Below are positions 37,615-46,780 of a stretch of DNA of 64,000 bases, piece by piece. The stretch comes from Candidatus Omnitrophota bacterium. GTDB lineage: Bacteria; Omnitrophota; Gorgyraeia; Zapsychrales; Fredricksoniimonadaceae. The stretch is from the NCBI GenBank assembly GCA_903944345.1, contig CAJARJ010000016.1:25852-89851 (forward strand), written 5' to 3'. Below the pieces are notes generated by a model, which worked only from the letters and a program-made list of their open reading frames with translations, was not told the DNA's origin and did not search any database. The translations under genes were made by a program, and so were the position numbers. Each line of letters starts with the position of its first letter. Position 1 is the stretch's first letter.

Positions 37615-38202
37615 ATGCCCCAAGAAATTCCAGGCATCCAGAATCGCGAACTTTATGAGTATTCCCAAATTCTGATTGCGGCAGTTAAAAAAATGTTGCA
37701 CCTCAAGGGTGGACTTGTTCTGTCTACCGAGCCGGATATTACTGAAGAGAAGATTGTTGAATTCGGACGCCGGATGCGGGTGGATGGGTTGTCCAAGTTT
37801 TCCGAGAAGACAGTTTTCTCTAATATTGTTTTTTATTTGAGTAAAACGGAAATGGACAATAAACAGGCAATAGGCAGTCTGGTCTTTTATATTCCGATCA
37901 GTTATATTGCAAAATTGTTGTGGATCTTTGATTATCCCCGGATTGATGAAGACGATGAAACGGCTGTTCTTGATGGTTGCGGGACGGTTGCAAACCTTTT
38001 GGCTGGCTGGTTTGTCAAGGGATTGTGTGGCTTTGGCTATATTCATCTGGAAATGTCACATTTCGAAAGTTTTATTAATACGGCAGTTAATGGTGTTGAA
38101 TTTTCGTCCGATCAAACAGTAAAACATCGGATAGATTTTTGTATCAAGGGTCAGAAAAAACTGGTTGCAGAGTTAACCATGGGGTATATTCCGCGTTATT
38201 AG
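37615..38202 (+). CDS. hypothetical protein, CheX/CheC-like fold candidate
   Basis: DGCGTVANLLAG resembles the CheX D..GE..N..AG helix; adjacent to a CheY-like gene. Confidence 0.55.
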   Translation: MPQEIPGIQNRELYEYSQILIAAVKKMLHLKGGLVLSTEPDITEEKIVEFGRRMRVDGLSKFSEKTVFSNIVFYLSKTEMDNKQAIGSLVFYIPISYIAKLLWIFDYPRIDEDDETAVLDGCGTVANLLAGWFVKGLCGFGYIHLEMSHFESFINTAVNGVEFSSDQTVKHRIDFCIKGQKKLVAELTMGYIPRY

Positions 38203-38293
38203 CTGTCGCCAGGGAATCCTTCCTTTTACGTTAATCCGGATTGTTTCAGAGAGTGAATCTGGGTTCAAAGACCCGATTCCAAGTGAGGTTTAA

Positions 38294-38914
38294 ATGATCT
38301 CCAGGAAACTGTTAACGGTTTTTGTTGTGGCCGGGGGGATTGCGGCTGTATTGATGGTGCAAACAGTTTTCTCTGGCAGATGGAATTCTGTCCAGGTCAA
38401 GCCCCAGCGTCTCAAGGGAGATCTTGCGGCGGAAGTCATTGTGCTGGAGTTTACGGATTTTCAGTGTCCGGCTTGTGCTCAGGCCGCGCTTATGGTTGAG
38501 AAAATCGTCAGGCAGAATCCCGGCAAGCTGGCGGTCGAGCATAAATATTTTCCTCTTTCCTCTCATAAGAATTCGCTTCCGGCGGCCTTGTTTGCTGAGT
38601 GTGCCTTGAGGCAGGGGTATTTCTGGCCGGCACATGATCTCATATTCAGAACACAGAGTCAGTGGCAGGGTCTGGCAGATCCGTGGCCTTTTTTTATGTC
38701 GAGGGCGCAAAGTCTGGGGTTGGATGTGCAGCAGATAGAAGAGTGCTCCAGGGATCCTGAGTCGTTGCGGGTTATCGAGGCGGATATGAATGAGGGCAAG
38801 CGGCGTGGGGTGCGAGCGACGCCGACTTTTATTGTGCATGATGAGTTGGCTGTAGGGCTTGATGATCTCAGGCAGAAGATAAATCTGGAAGGTGATTTAA
38901 AATCCGGACGTTAA
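38294..38914 (+). CDS. DsbA/thioredoxin-fold oxidoreductase
   Basis: EFTDFQCPAC, FPL..H, GVRATPTF, N-terminal TM. Confidence 0.92.
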   Translation: MISRKLLTVFVVAGGIAAVLMVQTVFSGRWNSVQVKPQRLKGDLAAEVIVLEFTDFQCPACAQAALMVEKIVRQNPGKLAVEHKYFPLSSHKNSLPAALFAECALRQGYFWPAHDLIFRTQSQWQGLADPWPFFMSRAQSLGLDVQQIEECSRDPESLRVIEADMNEGKRRGVRATPTFIVHDELAVGLDDLRQKINLEGDLKSGR

Positions 38915-38916
38915 GA

Positions 38917-39360
38917 ATGTTTTTTGTGTTTCTACGATGGATTACAGGATTTGTTTTTCTGGTTTCGGGGATAGAAAAGCTTGTGTCTCCTCCGGAAAAT
39001 TTTCTTTATATTGTTCGTTCCTACCAGATTCTTCCTGGCTGGCTGGCCGGTCCGGTTTCGTTTCTTTTTCCTTGGGTGGAGTTCTTTGCGGCGGTTTTTC
39101 TAATACTCGGGTTCTGGCTCAGAACCGCTTTATGGGTTGCTTTATGTTTGGCGGCCGGTTTTGTGTTCTTTGTTTCCCAGGCCTTGTTCCGGGGATTGTC
39201 GATTTCAGACTGCGGTTGTTTTGGAGAGTTGATTCACCTTCAGCCCCGGCAGGTTATTATTCTGGATCTATTGATTCTTGTGGGCGCTGGATTGTGTTTG
39301 CGTCGCCTCAACCAGAGCGCACGCTGGAGCTTGGATGCCTGTTACGCCCGGAATAAATAA
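38917..39360 (+). CDS. DoxX/MauE family membrane protein
   Basis: FLVSGIEK, YQILP, PWVE, RGL..DCGCFG. Confidence 0.88.
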   Translation: MFFVFLRWITGFVFLVSGIEKLVSPPENFLYIVRSYQILPGWLAGPVSFLFPWVEFFAAVFLILGFWLRTALWVALCLAAGFVFFVSQALFRGLSISDCGCFGELIHLQPRQVIILDLLILVGAGLCLRRLNQSARWSLDACYARNK

Positions 39361-40829
39361 TGAAGAGACTGTTTGTTTTTATTATGGTTAATCTTTTTCT
39401 GTGTGCCGGCGCTTTTGGCGCAGATGGTCTGAAAGACCCCAATGTTTCGGGGACATTCTATCCTTCGTCAGGGGAGGAGTTGTTGGCGATGGTGCGCGGT
39501 TACCTTGCCTCCGGAGAGGTTGACCCGCTTCATAGTGGTGTTATTATTGCGCCGCATGCGGGGTATGTTTATTCGGGGGAAGTTGCAGGCAAGACTTTCA
39601 AAGCAGTTTCCGGGCGGAAAGTTGCCACAGTTGTTATTCTTGCTCCCAGCCATTATTATGCTTTTGAGGGGGCCTCGGTCTGGGCTGAGGGAGTTTTTCG
39701 TACGCCTTTGGGAGATGTTGCTGTTGATTCCGTACTGGCAGGGAATGTTCTTTCCTCGGACAAGCGCTTTGTTTTTGAGCGTGCGGTATTTGAACGCGAA
39801 CATGCTGTTGAGACGCAGTTACCGTTTATCCAGGCCACCTTTCCTCAGGCTAGGATTGTTCCGATCATTTTGGGCCGTCCGGATTTTGATTTATCGAACA
39901 GTCTTGGACGGGTTTTGTCTGAGGTTGTCGGTGATCGGGACGATGTGTTGATTTGTGTCAGTTCGGATCAGTCACACTTTCATCGGGACGAGGAGGCAAG
40001 AAAAATTGACCAGCGTGGATTGGCGGCCATCGAGCAAATGGACGTCAGGGCCTTCTGGAACGGTCATGTTGATGGTAGTATGGAAGTTGATGCCTTTCAT
40101 GCGATTACGGCGGCCATGATTTATGCCGGGAACAAAGGGCACAATATCGTCAGAATTGTTGATTACAAGACTTCTTTTGACACGACCCGGGACAGTTCCC
40201 GTGTTGTAGGTTACGCAGGCGTTCTTATATCAAGTCCTCCTTTGGAGAAGGCTTCCAAACAGTTGGATTCCATTAGGGATGACGGGGGTCTTTCGGATCA
40301 GCAGCGGGCACGTCTGTTGGAAATTGCGAGGAGTACGCTGGACATGTTTGTCCGGACTGGAAAGATACCGGCTTTTGTTGAATCCGACGCTCGCCTTCGG
40401 GCTGAGGAGGGAGCGTTTGTGACGCTGCGCCATCAGGGTCAGTTGCGCGGCTGTATCGGCAACATTTTAGGCCGTGGACCGCTTTTTAATATGGTGCGGG
40501 ATATGGCGGTGGCTGCGGCTTCAGAAGACCCGCGTTTTCCTGGTGTAACACCTGGGGAACTTTCCGAGATCAAGATAGAGATTTCGGTTCTATCCAGACC
40601 GCGGCGGATTGCCACTCCAAACGAGGTTGTGCTGGGCAAACACGGAGTTATTGTCAGTCGGGGCGGAAGAAAGGGAGTCTTTTTGCCCCAGGTCGCAGTT
40701 GAGACCGGATGGGATCTTGAGCGTTTTTTGTCGGAGCTTTGTGTTCAGAAAACGGGTCTTTCTGCGGATGCCTGGAAAGATGCCGCGACAACCCTGGAAG
40801 TGTTTACAGCAGATGTTTTTGGTGAATAG
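39360..40829 (+). CDS. AmmeMemoRadiSam protein B (Memo) - protein A (AMMECR1) fusion with signal-peptide-like N-terminus
   Basis: GTFYP, PHAGYVYSG, PSH, EHAVETQLPF, SSD.SH, then GAFVTL..LRGCIG, EDPRF, IEISVLS, GVFLPQVA. Confidence 0.92.
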   Translation: MKRLFVFIMVNLFLCAGAFGADGLKDPNVSGTFYPSSGEELLAMVRGYLASGEVDPLHSGVIIAPHAGYVYSGEVAGKTFKAVSGRKVATVVILAPSHYYAFEGASVWAEGVFRTPLGDVAVDSVLAGNVLSSDKRFVFERAVFEREHAVETQLPFIQATFPQARIVPIILGRPDFDLSNSLGRVLSEVVGDRDDVLICVSSDQSHFHRDEEARKIDQRGLAAIEQMDVRAFWNGHVDGSMEVDAFHAITAAMIYAGNKGHNIVRIVDYKTSFDTTRDSSRVVGYAGVLISSPPLEKASKQLDSIRDDGGLSDQQRARLLEIARSTLDMFVRTGKIPAFVESDARLRAEEGAFVTLRHQGQLRGCIGNILGRGPLFNMVRDMAVAAASEDPRFPGVTPGELSEIKIEISVLSRPRRIATPNEVVLGKHGVIVSRGGRKGVFLPQVAVETGWDLERFLSELCVQKTGLSADAWKDAATTLEVFTADVFGE

Positions 40830-40859
40830 ATCTTTTGTTAGTCAGGAAAGGATTATGAT

Positions 40860-41120
40860 ATGGCAGCTAATGATGTGAAGTCTGAGGGCGGAAAATCGAA
40901 GAAAAAGGGCAAACGACGTGAGGTAGCCGAAGAGCGTAAGCCGCTTTTCTCGGATCGGCAGCGGAAGATATTTCTGATATTGATTGCAGCCATGCTGATT
41001 CTTGTTCCGGTAGCTGATAATTTCCGCTGCAAGGCAGCTTGCCTCAAGAAGGTCAAGACTCCTTATCCGGAGATCGCTTGCAGTTATGAATGTCCGTGGC
41101 CGTGGCAGCGTTCGCGTTAG
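40860..41120 (+). CDS. small single-pass membrane protein with four C-terminal cysteines
   Basis: AGGA RBS, basic N-terminus, TM helix, CKAAC...CSYEC; fills the gap before rodA. Confidence 0.65.
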   Translation: MAANDVKSEGGKSKKKGKRREVAEERKPLFSDRQRKIFLILIAAMLILVPVADNFRCKAACLKKVKTPYPEIACSYECPWPWQRSR

Positions 41121-41126
41121 GATTCT

Positions 41127-42224
41127 ATGGGGCGCAATGATGTCCGTAATTTATGGATTTTTACTGCGCTGGTTATTGTTATCGGCTTGGTCGCTCTTTT
41201 CAGTGCTTCGCATGAGAACCTCCGGGTTGAGCGCAAGATTTTTTATGACCAGCTCTTTGGCGCCGTGCTTGGAATGGGGATTATGCATTCTCTTGGGCGC
41301 GTTCCGTTGCGTTTTTACTACGACATTGCCTATCCGTTCTATGCTTTGAGCGTGGTTTTGCTGCTGCTGGTTCTTGTTGCAGGGCATTCGGCGCTGGGTG
41401 CTACGCGTTGGTTTAATGTGTTTGGTGTCCGTTTTCAGCCCTCGGAACTTTCCAAAGTCGCTGTTATTCTCATGCTTGCCCGTTATTTTAGTCAGCGTCC
41501 GCCCAAGCTCTCTTTTAGTCTGAGAAGTTCTTTTGATTTTCTCAGACGGGATTTGCTGGTGCCGTTGCTTCTGACGCTCTTGTCTTTCGGACTTATTTTT
41601 AAACAACCGGATCTTGGGAGTGCGCTTCTGGTGTTCGGGATTTTTATTGTCATGCTTTATGCCAGCGGGGTGGCGGTCGGTATTTTTAACGCTTTTCTAT
41701 GCTGCTGTGCTGTTATGGTTCCTGTGGGGTGGCATTTTCTCAAGGAATATCAACGTAACCGTTTGCTGGTTTTTCTTAACCCCAATATCGATCCTCTGGG
41801 AACCGGGTATAATATCATTCAGTCCAGGATTGCGGTGGGGTCAGGGCAATTGTTTGGCAAAGGATGGTTTTCAGGAACGCAGAATCAGTTGAATTTTCTT
41901 CCGGAGAGACACACGGATTTTATTTTCTCAGTGATTGGAGAAGAGTGGGGGTATATAGGGGGAGTTGCTTTGCTGGGTTGTTATTTTATGCTTGCGCATA
42001 CGGGCCTGCATATTGCCCAGGGGCTCAAGGATCGTTTTGCCCGTCAGGTTGCACTGGGGATTACGGCTATTCTGGTTCTGCAGGTGGTAATCAATATTTC
42101 TATGACCATCGGGTTGGCGCCGGTTGTCGGGATCACTCTTCCTTTGGTCAGTTATGGACGGACATCTTTTCTTGTGTTTATGGTGATGATGGGAATCCTT
42201 CTTAGTCTCTCTCGTCGACGCTGA
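41127..42224 (+). CDS. rodA: rod shape-determining SEDS protein
   Basis: GATRW, QPSE..K, QPDLG, GYNIIQS.IAVGSG, LPERHTDFIF, LPLVSYG. Confidence 0.93.
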   Translation: MGRNDVRNLWIFTALVIVIGLVALFSASHENLRVERKIFYDQLFGAVLGMGIMHSLGRVPLRFYYDIAYPFYALSVVLLLLVLVAGHSALGATRWFNVFGVRFQPSELSKVAVILMLARYFSQRPPKLSFSLRSSFDFLRRDLLVPLLLTLLSFGLIFKQPDLGSALLVFGIFIVMLYASGVAVGIFNAFLCCCAVMVPVGWHFLKEYQRNRLLVFLNPNIDPLGTGYNIIQSRIAVGSGQLFGKGWFSGTQNQLNFLPERHTDFIFSVIGEEWGYIGGVALLGCYFMLAHTGLHIAQGLKDRFARQVALGITAILVLQVVINISMTIGLAPVVGITLPLVSYGRTSFLVFMVMMGILLSLSRRR

Positions 42225-42252
42225 AGTATGGTCTTTTTTTCTCCGGAGCGCG

Positions 42253-42281
42253 TTGACAAAGGTAATCTCGCTCGTTATAGT
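42253..42281 (+). promoter_or_regulatory. sigma70-type promoter of the pilus locus
   Basis: TTGACA, 17-bp spacer, TATAGT. Confidence 0.75.
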
Positions 42282-42368
42282 GATAAAGATGCTGATCCGG
42301 CTTTCTGGTTAGCCATTCTTCAATCTGAGTTCCTTCGCAGGAGGGGGCTCTTTCACGGACTGATCAAT

Positions 42369-42818
42369 ATGCGTTTTGAACGGGTATCTGGCAAGCAGTT
42401 GGGCGAGTTGCTGATCGAACGTGGAGTGCTCGATCGCGACGCTTTAGCTTCTGCTCTGGAGCACAAGAAAAATCATCCGGATCTTTTGTTGGGAGAAATT
42501 CTTGTCAATTCGGGCAAGGTCACCGAGGAAGACATTGTCCAGGCCTTGACCTCCCAGTACGGTTTCCCGTATTTGCCATTGGGCAATTATGAAATTGATA
42601 AAGAAACGCTGGCGGTTATTCCACGAAATCTTTGCTGGCAGTACTGTTTAATTCCTATCGACAGAATTGGCAAGAGCCTTACTCTGGCAATTTCCAACCC
42701 CCTGAATCTGGAAGCTCTTGAGGATGTTGAATTGCTGACGGGATGTGCCACCCAGGTTTTCGTCAGTACATCCCGGGATATTCGTGATGCCATCCAACGT
42801 TATTATGGTTCGGCATAA
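42369..42818 (+). CDS. stand-alone MshEN/GSPII-N domain protein
   Basis: QLGELLIERG...L..AL and LLGEILVNSG...I..AL..Q repeats, LAISNPL; no ATPase domain. Confidence 0.88.
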   Translation: MRFERVSGKQLGELLIERGVLDRDALASALEHKKNHPDLLLGEILVNSGKVTEEDIVQALTSQYGFPYLPLGNYEIDKETLAVIPRNLCWQYCLIPIDRIGKSLTLAISNPLNLEALEDVELLTGCATQVFVSTSRDIRDAIQRYYGSA

Positions 42819-44545
42819 TGGCTACTTTCAAGGATCGTATCAAGGCCGTTCTTATCAGGGATCAGATCCTAAAGGCGGAAGATCTTGAGCTTGCCCTGGA
42901 GGAACAAAAGAAGACCGGAGGGGAGCTCTCCGGTATTCTCATCCGTCTTGGAATGATTAATGAAGAGCAGCTTGCGTATCTTCTAAGTGAAGGGCTCAGC
43001 CTTCCGGTTCTTGATATTGCCCGGATGCGTCTTGATCCTGATGTTGTCAGCATTATCCCTCCTGAAGTCTTGCGAAAGTATCATATTCTCCCTGTATCCC
43101 GTCTTGGCAATAATATTTCTTTGGCTATGGTTGACCCGTTGAATATTTTTGTGATTGATAATGTCAAAGCCTTGACAGGGCTGACCATATCGCCGGTTAT
43201 TGGGCGCAGCCGTGATATCCAGGAGGCGATTGAGCGATACTGTGCGCCCCGGAAGGAGGCGGACTCTTTTGCAAAAATTATGCAGGATATAAAAGGAGCC
43301 GATGATCTTGAATTGATCAGTGACGGTGTCGACAAATCTGACAGCAAAGAGACTGAGCATCTTGTCCAGGAGGCGCCGATAATTCGTTTGACCAATACGA
43401 TTATCCGTCAGGCGGTTGTCGCCAAGGCCAGCGATGTTTTTATTGAGCCGGTCGATAATGCACTGAGAATCCGCTATCGGGTCGATGGCGTGTTGCGCGA
43501 AATTGACCGTATGTCGAAGGCCTTGCATTTTCCGATAGTTTCGCGCCTGAAAGTTGTTTCCAATCTTGATATTTCGGAACACAGATTGCCTCAGGATGGC
43601 CGGTTCCGGTTAATGCTTGAGGGCGGACGGGAAGTGGACTTCAGGGTCAATGTTCTTCCGACCGCCCATGGAGAGAAGATTGTTTTGCGTGTTTTGGATA
43701 AAGGCCAGGAGCACGTGAATATTGACAATCTCGGCATTGAGCCTGAGCCTTTGCGTCAGATTAAGGAATGCGCGGTTCGTCCGCATGGGATGGTTCTGGC
43801 CTGCGGGCCGACCGGTAGCGGCAAAACGACAACACTTTATTCCATTCTCAAATTTATTGATTCTTCCGAAAAGAATATTGTGACGGTTGAAGATCCTGTG
43901 GAATATCAGATGAAGGGGCTCAATCAGGTCAATATTCGTTTTGAAGTTGGATTGACTTTTACCTCGACCTTGCGTTCGGTTCTGCGTCAGGATCCGGATG
44001 TGATTATGATTGGTGAAATTCGTGATTCGGAGACGCTGGACATTGCGGTTAAAGCAGCGTTGACCGGGCATATGGTTCTGAGTTCTTTGCATACGACTAC
44101 CGCGGCGGGTTCTGTGGTTAGAATGATTAATATGGGGATTCAGCCGTTTCTGGTTTGTGCATCGGTCAACTGTTTTATGGCCCAGCGACTGTTGCGCAAG
44201 ATATGCCCCAAGTGCAAGGAGGAAATTCGTATTTCGGAAACCTTGTATAACAAGTTGATGATTGCCAGGGTTCTGCCCGGCAAGGATATGGTCTTCTGGA
44301 AGGGCCGGGGGTGTAACCATTGCCAGGGGTCAGGTTACAGCAGCCGCCTCGTTGTCAGCGAAGTTCTGGTTCTTTCGCCAGCGGTCAAGAAGCGGATACT
44401 TTCCGGTTCGGGGGAGATGGAGATCAAATCTGTGGCGCGTGCTGAAGGTATGAAGACCATGCGCGAGGATGCGCTGCTCAAAGCTTCCCGGGGACAGACA
44501 ACTCTCGAGGAAGTGGTCAGGGTTACGGCACAGGATGAGAGTTAG
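42818..44545 (+). CDS. pilB: type IV pilus assembly ATPase (PilB/GspE family), copy 1
   Basis: ASDVFIEP, RLPQDG, GPTGSGKTTT, EDPVEY, RQDPD..MIGEIRD, CPKC/CNHC. Confidence 0.92.
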   Translation: MATFKDRIKAVLIRDQILKAEDLELALEEQKKTGGELSGILIRLGMINEEQLAYLLSEGLSLPVLDIARMRLDPDVVSIIPPEVLRKYHILPVSRLGNNISLAMVDPLNIFVIDNVKALTGLTISPVIGRSRDIQEAIERYCAPRKEADSFAKIMQDIKGADDLELISDGVDKSDSKETEHLVQEAPIIRLTNTIIRQAVVAKASDVFIEPVDNALRIRYRVDGVLREIDRMSKALHFPIVSRLKVVSNLDISEHRLPQDGRFRLMLEGGREVDFRVNVLPTAHGEKIVLRVLDKGQEHVNIDNLGIEPEPLRQIKECAVRPHGMVLACGPTGSGKTTTLYSILKFIDSSEKNIVTVEDPVEYQMKGLNQVNIRFEVGLTFTSTLRSVLRQDPDVIMIGEIRDSETLDIAVKAALTGHMVLSSLHTTTAAGSVVRMINMGIQPFLVCASVNCFMAQRLLRKICPKCKEEIRISETLYNKLMIARVLPGKDMVFWKGRGCNHCQGSGYSSRLVVSEVLVLSPAVKKRILSGSGEMEIKSVARAEGMKTMREDALLKASRGQTTLEEVVRVTAQDES

Positions 44546-44548
44546 ACT

Positions 44549-46252
44549 ATGTTGAGCATTCGTCAGAAAATCATGGATGCGTTACTGGCTATGCCAGGCG
44601 TTTCTGCTTCGCAGCTTGAGACTGCCCAGGAGGCCCAGCGGATCCAGAAAGTCTCTTTTGGTGAAGTGTTGGTCGCACAGGGGATTATTAGCGAAAAGGA
44701 TTTGTTTCTGCTTTTGGTAAGGGAGTTGCACATTCCTTCCATTAACCTGGCCAAGTTTCGTATGGATCCTCAGTTGCGGGAGCTGGTTCCGGAGCGGCTT
44801 GCGCGGCAGTATAATATGGTGCCCATTTCCTTGATGGGTGATCATATGACTGTAGCAATATCAGACCCGTTGAATGTTTTTGCTGTGGATGATTTAAGGG
44901 ATCTTACGGGTAAAGGCATAGATATTGTTATGGGAACGCCGTTGCAGATTCGTGAGGCTTTGGATAAGTTTTATGGCGCACCTGGCGAGGATACTGTGGC
45001 AGATGTTGCCAAGGGGATTGATATAGGGGATTTGGAGATTATGTCTGCTTCTGCAGATCGTACGGAATTCGCCGAGACCGGGGCGGCGGACCAGGCTCCG
45101 ATTATACGTATGGTCAATCTGGTGATCAAGGAGGCCATTCAGCAGCGGGCATCTGATATCCACATGGAACCTACGGAAACCAATATGAGGGTGCGTTACC
45201 GCGTGGATGGCGTTCTGCTGGATGTTCTTGAGATTCCTCGTGAAAGCCGGAATTCTGTTGTGGTTCGCATCAAGATCATCTCCAGAATTGATATTACGGT
45301 TAACCAGGTCCCTCAGGACGGACGTTTTAGAATGCGGGTGTCCGGTAAAGAAGTGGATTTCAGGGTTTCCATTCTTCCCACATCGCACGGATCGAAGATT
45401 GTGATGCGGATTCTTGATAAGGCCAAGCTTTCGGTTGGTTTGGGGCATTTGGGCTTTTCTCAACAGGCGGTGACCCTGATCGATGAGGCGATTGTCAAGC
45501 CGTTTGGAATGATTCTTGTCACCGGGCCTACCGGAAGCGGCAAGTCGACAACGCTTTATTCTATTATCAGCAAGCTTAATACAATTGACAAAAATATTAT
45601 TACTATTGAGGATCCTGTCGAATATCTGGTGGATGGATTGACCCAGATCGAGGCGCGAAGCGAGATCGGCTTGACTTTTGCCGCAGGACTGCGAGCAGTT
45701 CTTCGGCAGAGCCCGGACATCGTTATGGTTGGAGAAATTCGTGACAATGAGACAGCAGACATTGCGATCAAGGCAGCCTTGACCGGGCAGTTGGTTCTTT
45801 CAACCCTGCATACCAATGATGCCGCAGGAGCTATGACCCGTCTGGTGGATATGGGGGTGGAGCCGTTTCTGGTGGCGTCTTGCCTGGTGCTTATTTGTTC
45901 ACAGCGTCTGGCTCGGAAAATATGTCCGCATTGCAAGAAAGAAGTGGAGATTCCGGAGGAAACCTTGCAGTCTTTGCATTTGCCTGCGGATAAAAAGATT
46001 GTTTTTTTTGAGGGGCAAGGTTGTGAACGTTGCCGGCATACAGGTTATCTCGGGCGTTTTGGTTTGACTGAAATCCTGGTGGTGGATGATGCTATTCGGG
46101 AAATGTTGCTGCAGGGGAAGTCTTCGGACGAGATTCGGGATTATGCCCGGAGCGTAAAAGGAATGAAGCTGCTGTGGGATGACGCGCTGGACAGTCTTGC
46201 CCAGGGCAAAACGACGCTTGCTGAAGTGTGCCGTGTCGCGTCTTTTGAATAA
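44549..46252 (+). CDS. pilB: type IV pilus assembly ATPase (PilB/GspE family), copy 2
   Basis: ASDIHMEP, PQDG, GPTGSGKSTT, GEIRD, STLHTNDA, CPHC/CERC. Confidence 0.92.
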   Translation: MLSIRQKIMDALLAMPGVSASQLETAQEAQRIQKVSFGEVLVAQGIISEKDLFLLLVRELHIPSINLAKFRMDPQLRELVPERLARQYNMVPISLMGDHMTVAISDPLNVFAVDDLRDLTGKGIDIVMGTPLQIREALDKFYGAPGEDTVADVAKGIDIGDLEIMSASADRTEFAETGAADQAPIIRMVNLVIKEAIQQRASDIHMEPTETNMRVRYRVDGVLLDVLEIPRESRNSVVVRIKIISRIDITVNQVPQDGRFRMRVSGKEVDFRVSILPTSHGSKIVMRILDKAKLSVGLGHLGFSQQAVTLIDEAIVKPFGMILVTGPTGSGKSTTLYSIISKLNTIDKNIITIEDPVEYLVDGLTQIEARSEIGLTFAAGLRAVLRQSPDIVMVGEIRDNETADIAIKAALTGQLVLSTLHTNDAAGAMTRLVDMGVEPFLVASCLVLICSQRLARKICPHCKKEVEIPEETLQSLHLPADKKIVFFEGQGCERCRHTGYLGRFGLTEILVVDDAIREMLLQGKSSDEIRDYARSVKGMKLLWDDALDSLAQGKTTLAEVCRVASFE

Positions 46253-46324
46253 TTCAAATTTTCGCTGTTTAATCCGGAGTGCCCTAATATAATAATTTCG
46301 GAATCAATATGGGAGTAAACAATT

Positions 46325-46780
46325 ATGCCCGTATGTTGTCGGCGGAAACAACTTATCGGACGCATTCTGCTTGATCGGGGCGTGATCACCGAACCTGAAT
46401 TGCAGCAGGCGCTTTTGGCCCAGAAGAAGGTTGAGAACCGGTTTTGTCTCGGCGAGATTCTTGTGACGATGGGACGGCTTCGTGAGATAGATGTAGCGAT
46501 AGCACTGGTTATTCAGCATGGGCTTTCTTATATTGCTCTTGCCAGTCAGGACATTCATCGGGAAGTTCTTGATTTGATTCCTGCGGGGGTAGCGCGCAGT
46601 CAAAGGCTGGTGCCGCTTGATCGCATCGGTAGGGTTCTGAGCGTGGTTACGCAGAATCCCCTTAACGATGAGGCGCGAGCGGATGTGGAACACGCGACCG
46701 GCTGCCGGATTGCAACCTTTCTTTCCACGCGCTCGGAGATTGATGCGGCGCTTTCCCGTTTTTATCCGGAGACATTTTGA
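46325..46780 (+). CDS. second stand-alone MshEN/GSPII-N domain protein
   Basis: LIGRILLDRG..T..EL..AL..Q and LGEILV.MG repeats; paralogous to 42369-42818. Confidence 0.85.
   Translation: MPVCCRRKQLIGRILLDRGVITEPELQQALLAQKKVENRFCLGEILVTMGRLREIDVAIALVIQHGLSYIALASQDIHREVLDLIPAGVARSQRLVPLDRIGRVLSVVTQNPLNDEARADVEHATGCRIATFLSTRSEIDAALSRFYPETF

Noticed and set aside
42228-42368. N-terminal extension of the first MshEN protein
   Set aside because: It contains a near-consensus promoter; the domain begins after ATG 42369.
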